A stretch of 63,655 bases of DNA, counting the filler, from Pelomyxa schiedti (lineage: Eukaryota; Protista; Evosea), in the NCBI GenBank assembly GCA_020536535.1. It is 3 parts of 3 records of this genome, joined end to end, with 100 filler letters (N's around TTAATTAATTAA, not from the genome) between each part and the next. Parts side by side here need not be neighbours in the genome. Positions count along the whole stretch, not along the records: positions 31,289 to 61,348 come from JAHLWZ010000563.1; positions 61,449 to 63,655 come from JAHLWZ010002076.1; 1 more part is not named here. The stretch is one strand, 5' to 3'. Positions 58,519 to 63,655 of this stretch are shown here, in pieces. A program made the position numbers and the translations under genes. The number at the start of each line of letters is the position of its first letter. Position 1 is the stretch's first letter. The notes under the pieces are model-generated. The model saw only the letters and a program-made list of their open reading frames with translations, was not told the origin of the DNA and ran no database searches.

Positions 58519-60498
58519 GATGATACGAGGCGGCGACACAGCAGTCGGGGTGACAATGCCCCCCAGCAAAGCCGCGTCCTTGCGTAGAGCGACGCTGTTG
58601 GCGCGTGATGACTTCCAGAGGGGAATGGCTTACCTTCGCCTCGTGTCCGGCGCCAACGCCGCCGACGACGACGACGAGGAGGAGGAGGAGGACGCAGGTG
58701 GTATCGGCGACTACGAGACTCGCAGGGCGACGCGAGGTCCGTCTGTGGTGGTCAGGAACGTGATGAGGCGTCGGGGAGGGACCAAGGAATACGAGGAGGA
58801 GGAGGAAGAGGACCAGGAGAGCGGCAGCGATGGGGATGGAGGAGGTGCGGGCGGGTCTAGGCGCCCCTACGACGACGACGAGGCGGACCGGGGTAGCGGC
58901 GGGGGGGAAGAGGAAGAAGGGGAGCTGCACTCGATACCGGCGGCAGTGGTGCAGAGGCAACAGCCCCAGGCAGGAGGAGGAGGAGGAGGAAGAGGGAGGG
59001 GAGGGGCCCCCCGCGGGCTCGGATTCACGCAGGGGCGTAGCACGCGGGGAAGAGGCGAGGCACCGGTTGGATGGGGCCGCGGATCCGGCGCGGGGACGGG
59101 GGCAAGGACCGGGGCGGGCACCGGGAGCAGCAACGCGCAGGTGATGGACGACCTGCAGGCTTACATGAGGGAGCTGGCTGCCGCTGTGAAAAGCAATTCC
59201 GAGAATGAGGTTGATACCCAATATCCTTTGTATTTTTTTGCACCCTGCACTCGCACAAGGCGGGGATGCGCGAATATTGTTGTTGCTGTTATTATTCTTA
59301 CTATTAGTGGTACTATCTCTCAATCTCTCACAATGCAGAACAGGGAAGGACATTTGAGCAACGTGCGGCAATTCTGCGCGAACTGGAGGTTCTTCACGCT
59401 CGAGCAAGTGCGGCAATTCTGCGTGTTGCAAGACATGCTGCTGCTTCTCCGAATATACCCTCACCAATGAGTGGAGAGTTGAATTCTTTGGTGCACCAGT
59501 TTGCACTTCTGTGCGAAAAAATCTCTATCCCACATAAACCCCCACCAACCAAGCAGCCTGTGACTCCACAAGATAAAGAAAAAATCTTGAGGATGCTCAT
59601 GGATACACATAACACAAAGAAGGGAAAGAGAACATCGTCAAAGGTTCCACCTCCACAGTACATCAATGGCAATACACGTCAAAACCATACAACACGGAGC
59701 AGCAACCACCAACAGCCTCCACTGCAATCCTCTGATTCAAACCCAAAAGATGAGGACGCAAACCCATTGAAACGAAGCTCTGAGCAACAACACCAGAATC
59801 CAACAGGTTGTCATGTAACAGCACACGAATGTTGCTGCTGTGACAGTTCCTGCTGCTGCAACAATACCGTTTGTTGTGATGTGGCAAGCAACTGCTCTTG
59901 TATGTGTTCTTGCAGAAACACCAATGTTCCCTCAGTCGAAAGCATTGACACAGTCATTGAACAATTGATTAATGAAGCATTAGATGACTGTGCCATGGAA
60001 TTCACACGCATTGAGCAAGAAATGGTGCAGGTGCAACAAACAAACACTCTGCACTCACTCCTTGGGGAAATTGACAAACTCCAACTCTCACTACTCACAA
60101 CATCATCATCTATTCCACCCCTTCAAACAGAAAATGAGGCAACAATAGCACTCTCGTGCACACCACCAAATTCTGAAGAACTTGTACACCTCCAACAGCA
60201 AGAACATAACATGGAATCGTCATCACCACCAGACACCAAACCCATAAGCCCGTTCCGGGTCCTTGCCTTGTACATATCGCGCTACGCATCAGACCCAAGC
60301 AGCGGTGCCATCAACAAGCGACCACCACGCACAGGCGGGAGCATCAACAAATTCGACTCGGCACAAGCCATTGAGGATTGTCAACAGCAGATACTGGACG
60401 AGATTCTAGTGTCACTTGGCAGTGAGATTGACAATGTCTGCTCTGCCTTTGTCAGTGGTCTGGTCCACAACGAGTTCTTTGTTGCCTCCACCAATTAA
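58519..60498 (+). CDS. Uncharacterised protein with Gly/Glu/Asp-rich N-terminus, Cys-rich patch and helical C-terminus
   Basis: Two long ORFs (329 and 343 aa) joinable by introns; no family recognised. Confidence 0.55.
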
Positions 60499-60499
60499 T

Positions 60500-61103
60500 T
60501 CAACTCAATAAACAGCCTCCCTTGCTCACCGAGCGATAGTAACGAGACTTTGCCAGTACCACCAAAATCCCATAAGCGGAAAAAAAACCAAAATTCATAA
60601 CTAAACAAGCTGCCAATTCTGGGAACAAAACACCCCCAAAAATGGTTCCAATGTACATTGCATTTCCTGAGATGTAAGACCCAAGACAAGTCTTCACAGC
60701 CCAAGCAGATGGTCCAGGGGAACAAAAGCAGCCGGAAGAGACGTGTAGGAAAGTTAAAAATTTAGGTGAGGGTGAGCATCACAGTGTGCAAGAAAGTTAA
60801 AAATTTAGGTGAGGGCGAAATTGGGCAGGAACAAAAAGGAAGGGGAAGCCAGAGGAACAGCAGCAGTGGGGAGTGGGGGTAACACAGGCAGGGTGTCCGG
60901 GGTGAGGTGAAAGGGGCACAAGGGAGAAAGCCAGTGTAGAAACAAGCACTCCCAGGAGTTGTGGGAGTCAGAAGAGGAAACTCAAGACAAGATTGGTGAA
61001 ACAACAACAAAGGATCATACACCAAGTGCTTTTGAATTGGTTAGTATTTCCAAATGTCCTTTAGCCACTTGCCAAGCTTATCAGCCACAGAGAATGTATG
61101 GCC
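60500..61103 (-). CDS. 3' exons of an unidentified membrane protein
   Basis: Hydrophobic GNAMYIGTIFGGVLF and YGILVVLA segments separated by short introns; stop at 60500. Confidence 0.35.
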
Positions 61104-61283
61104 ATCTCTTGTGTATACAACCTAAAAAAATGTAAGTTAAAGTTTTGTACCTTCAACTTTCAACTTGGTTCTTGGTGGTTGTTACACTGTTGTACAGGAA
61201 GAAGTGGGTGAACCAGATATTGAAGTCTATTTATTACATTTTAAGAAACACTTTTTTAACCTGTTTAACACTCTAGTGTGGGA

Positions 61284-61346
61284 CCTCTGGCTTCCCCTTC
61301 CTTTTTGTTCCTGCCCAATTTCGCCCTCACCTAAATTTTTAACTTT
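61284..61346 (-). repeat. Inverted copy of ~60793-60854 at contig end
   Basis: ctctggcttcccc...ttttaacttt is the reverse complement of aaagttaaaa...gccagag. Confidence 0.88.
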
Positions 61347-61348
61347 AT

Positions 61349-61448
61349 NNNNNNNNNNNNNNNNNNNNNNNNNNNNNNNNNNNNNNNNNNNNTTAATTAA
61401 TTAANNNNNNNNNNNNNNNNNNNNNNNNNNNNNNNNNNNNNNNNNNNN
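61349..61448. other. Artificial scaffold-joining spacer N-TTAATTAATTAA-N
   Basis: Six-frame stop linker embedded in Ns. Confidence 0.95.
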
Positions 61449-61599
61449 TGTAGTGCAGGTACAGATGCAATGTAGTGTAGACAGAGTCGTTGCCAAAACG
61501 CTTGAGCATCTCCCGTTGGTACGAACGACCAATGAACAGAATGAGCAAGAAAACAACAGGAAAACGATGAACCAAAAAAAAAAAAAAAAAAAAAAAGAC

Positions 61600-63330
61600 G
61601 TGGACGAAGCTGTTGAAGTCCGCAACACCGGCAACATCGAGGGTAGAGAGATTACACCGACGATCGTTGGGGCAAAGTATGGAGTTGTTTGAAAGGGTGG
61701 GTGGTGGCTCCAAGGCAACGTGTGTTGGGTGTTGTTTTGTGGGGAATTTATCTAATGCGGACTGACTGAGAGGGGGTTGCTTGCTTTTCGACCACAAAGG
61801 TAGGATGTTCCCATTTACGTTTTGTTCCTTCTCACCTCAACTTAGGCTTAAAGCAAAGTGCGCAGATAACATGATACCACTGTCAGCCAATTCCCCACTT
61901 CCTTTTTTTTTTTTTTTTAATTTCGTACCAACTGGTGTTCAGGCCTCCGGTATGCCAGTTGTTGTCTGCATGAAGGCCAGTTATGGCACCCAGGCATGTG
62001 ACCCTTTTGTTTTCACAGACCACCTGAATGTGGGTTGACTGAAGGTACGTTCTTGACCTCTGATCACGTGCAATTAACCTCCGTTTTGCCAGTGAACTTG
62101 TTGGTCTGTTGTTAATTGCATATTGTGGCTCTGCATTTTTCCTCGAGTAGAAGCCACTTCAGGTATGATTGTTTTCCCTTTCTTTCCGCTCCACTTCTAA
62201 TTGAACTGTGTAGACTGTTGAGTGTCCAATCTGACCTTCACCCGCGCACACACACCCTCCTGGTGAGGTGTTTTCTCTTTTTATTCAACTCCCACTAATG
62301 AAGCAGTCTAGAGGAGAGGAAACGGCCGGGTTGCAGCACACGACTGTAAGGCATGTTGCCCAATACCAGCAGGTATATTTCCCCCTCCCTCCTTTCTGTT
62401 ACTCCCTCCGGCTTGACTTGTGCCCAGACACCAGCTCACTTACTGGGTGGTTGGCAGAGCAGCATTCCATCACCACCTGCAGCTTTCGGACAGTGCACCG
62501 TTGTTTTGGCGGCCATTTGACGGAGAAAGGTACCTTCCATCTTCCGATTTGCATTTTCCCAACCTTCATGTGAAGGTACTCTGATGTTGGACAATCAAGG
62601 ACACAGCTTGGTTTTGGCAGTTGCTGGTATTACTCAGGTCCGCATCCCTATTTTCATTTCTATTTGGTAATACTTTCTGTAGTTAACCTTGAGCTTCTGG
62701 CCAAGATTTTTTCGGCACAGACCCAAGTGCAGCAGGATAGCCCAACGTTTCTGTCAGGGAACAGAAAGTATTGGTATGTCCTTCCTCACATTCATACTTC
62801 ACTCTCATGTGTGGGTCAAGGGGTCAAGCCTAATGTTGGACTTGCCTGCAGTACACTGTAACGGACTTAGCCAATACCCACCTCCAGCACCACGAAGGGC
62901 CCCCAAAACCGAGAGAATAACCTTTGCCAGCGTGCACCCCTCCCCTTTTCTTCCACAGTCTCATGTGAGGTGCAGGTCTCACCCCCAATGTTTCTCAAAG
63001 TTGCCGCGGGCACTGTGAACTAGCACCTTGTAGGTCTATTTCCCTTGTTCTCTTTGCACTGCACCGCAATCCAACCTGTTGTAGTACCTAGACTGACCTC
63101 CGCACCACTGACAGAAATGAAAACACACCGCAGGCATACTCTCACTGGGCCTACTACCTTTCTGCTCACCCACATACAGGAACAACAACTGGCTGGGTAC
63201 AGCAAGAAGCTTCTTCTTTGCTTGTGCCTGCCTGCCTGCATGCAGCTACCCCCAACCAGCTGCCGGCAGCGCTGCATTGGCTTCCCTGAACCGGCACTCA
63301 CCCTCCTGTATCTATCTGTGCCCCCCTGCT
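61600..63330 (+). pseudogene. Region with a regular plus-strand intron/exon pattern but no continuous frame
   Basis: Repeated GT..pyrimidine..AG units (e.g. 62065-62091, 62163-62213); the exon between them has stops in all three frames. Confidence 0.3.
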
Positions 63331-63655
63331 AGCTAGTAATACTGTCGCACCAGGACCTGGCGGATGCCGGCATACGCCAGAATCACAGTAGCGCTTGCCG
63401 GCACGAAAGGGAACTGCACCGCAGATGCGATTGTGGCAGCACTGCCACAGCACCACCACAATAAATAGAACAACCGATCTGTTGGCCAATCTTTCTTCTT
63501 TTCTTTTTCTAAACGCAACTTGCCCGGCCGCCCAGAGGTGCCCACCCACCCTCCCAAAAAGGGTTCCCTTCGGTGAAACAAAAGTTTTCCTTTAACTTGG
63601 AAAGAAAATCGATCATCTCTCTGCTGCTTGCTGCTGCTTAACTTGATCCGTCCCG

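Noticed and set aside
58454-59506. Long antisense ORFs (also 41893-43101, 32867-33691, 36083-36715)
   Set aside because: Shadows of GC-rich or repetitive coding sequence on the opposite strand

Overview
Intron-rich, gene-dense eukaryotic DNA in the standard code, with mostly ~35-60 nt GT-AG introns and intergenic gaps often under 200 bp. Two N-TTAATTAATTAA-N spacers (~31.2 kb, ~61.4 kb) join at least three scaffolds, and there are two 100-N gaps. The gene content suggests an anaerobic amoebozoan, probably an archamoeba such as Pelomyxa (inference): PFO, flavodiiron protein, SH2-bearing TKL kinase and peroxisomal signals. Fold-back inversions at contig ends suggest whole-genome-amplified DNA. 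The main finding is gene 1084-8093, which by manual splicing encodes one polypeptide: pyruvate:ferredoxin oxidoreductase + diflavin-reductase-type flavodoxin + Pro/Thr linker + complete flavodiiron protein, a candidate self-contained pyruvate-driven O2/NO reductase. Other unusual architectures are a Rho-like GTPase-Kelch-F-box-Hint(Vint) protein, an RGG/RRM-kinase-SH2-RS protein with Pol II CTD-like repeats, and a Leu/Glu dehydrogenase with both PTS2 and PTS1-like signals. The window also has a spliced T4 Rnl1-type RNA ligase and a secreted GH43-like propeller with two defensin-like Cys modules. All exon structures are manual inferences from splice signals and protein motifs; no database search was run.
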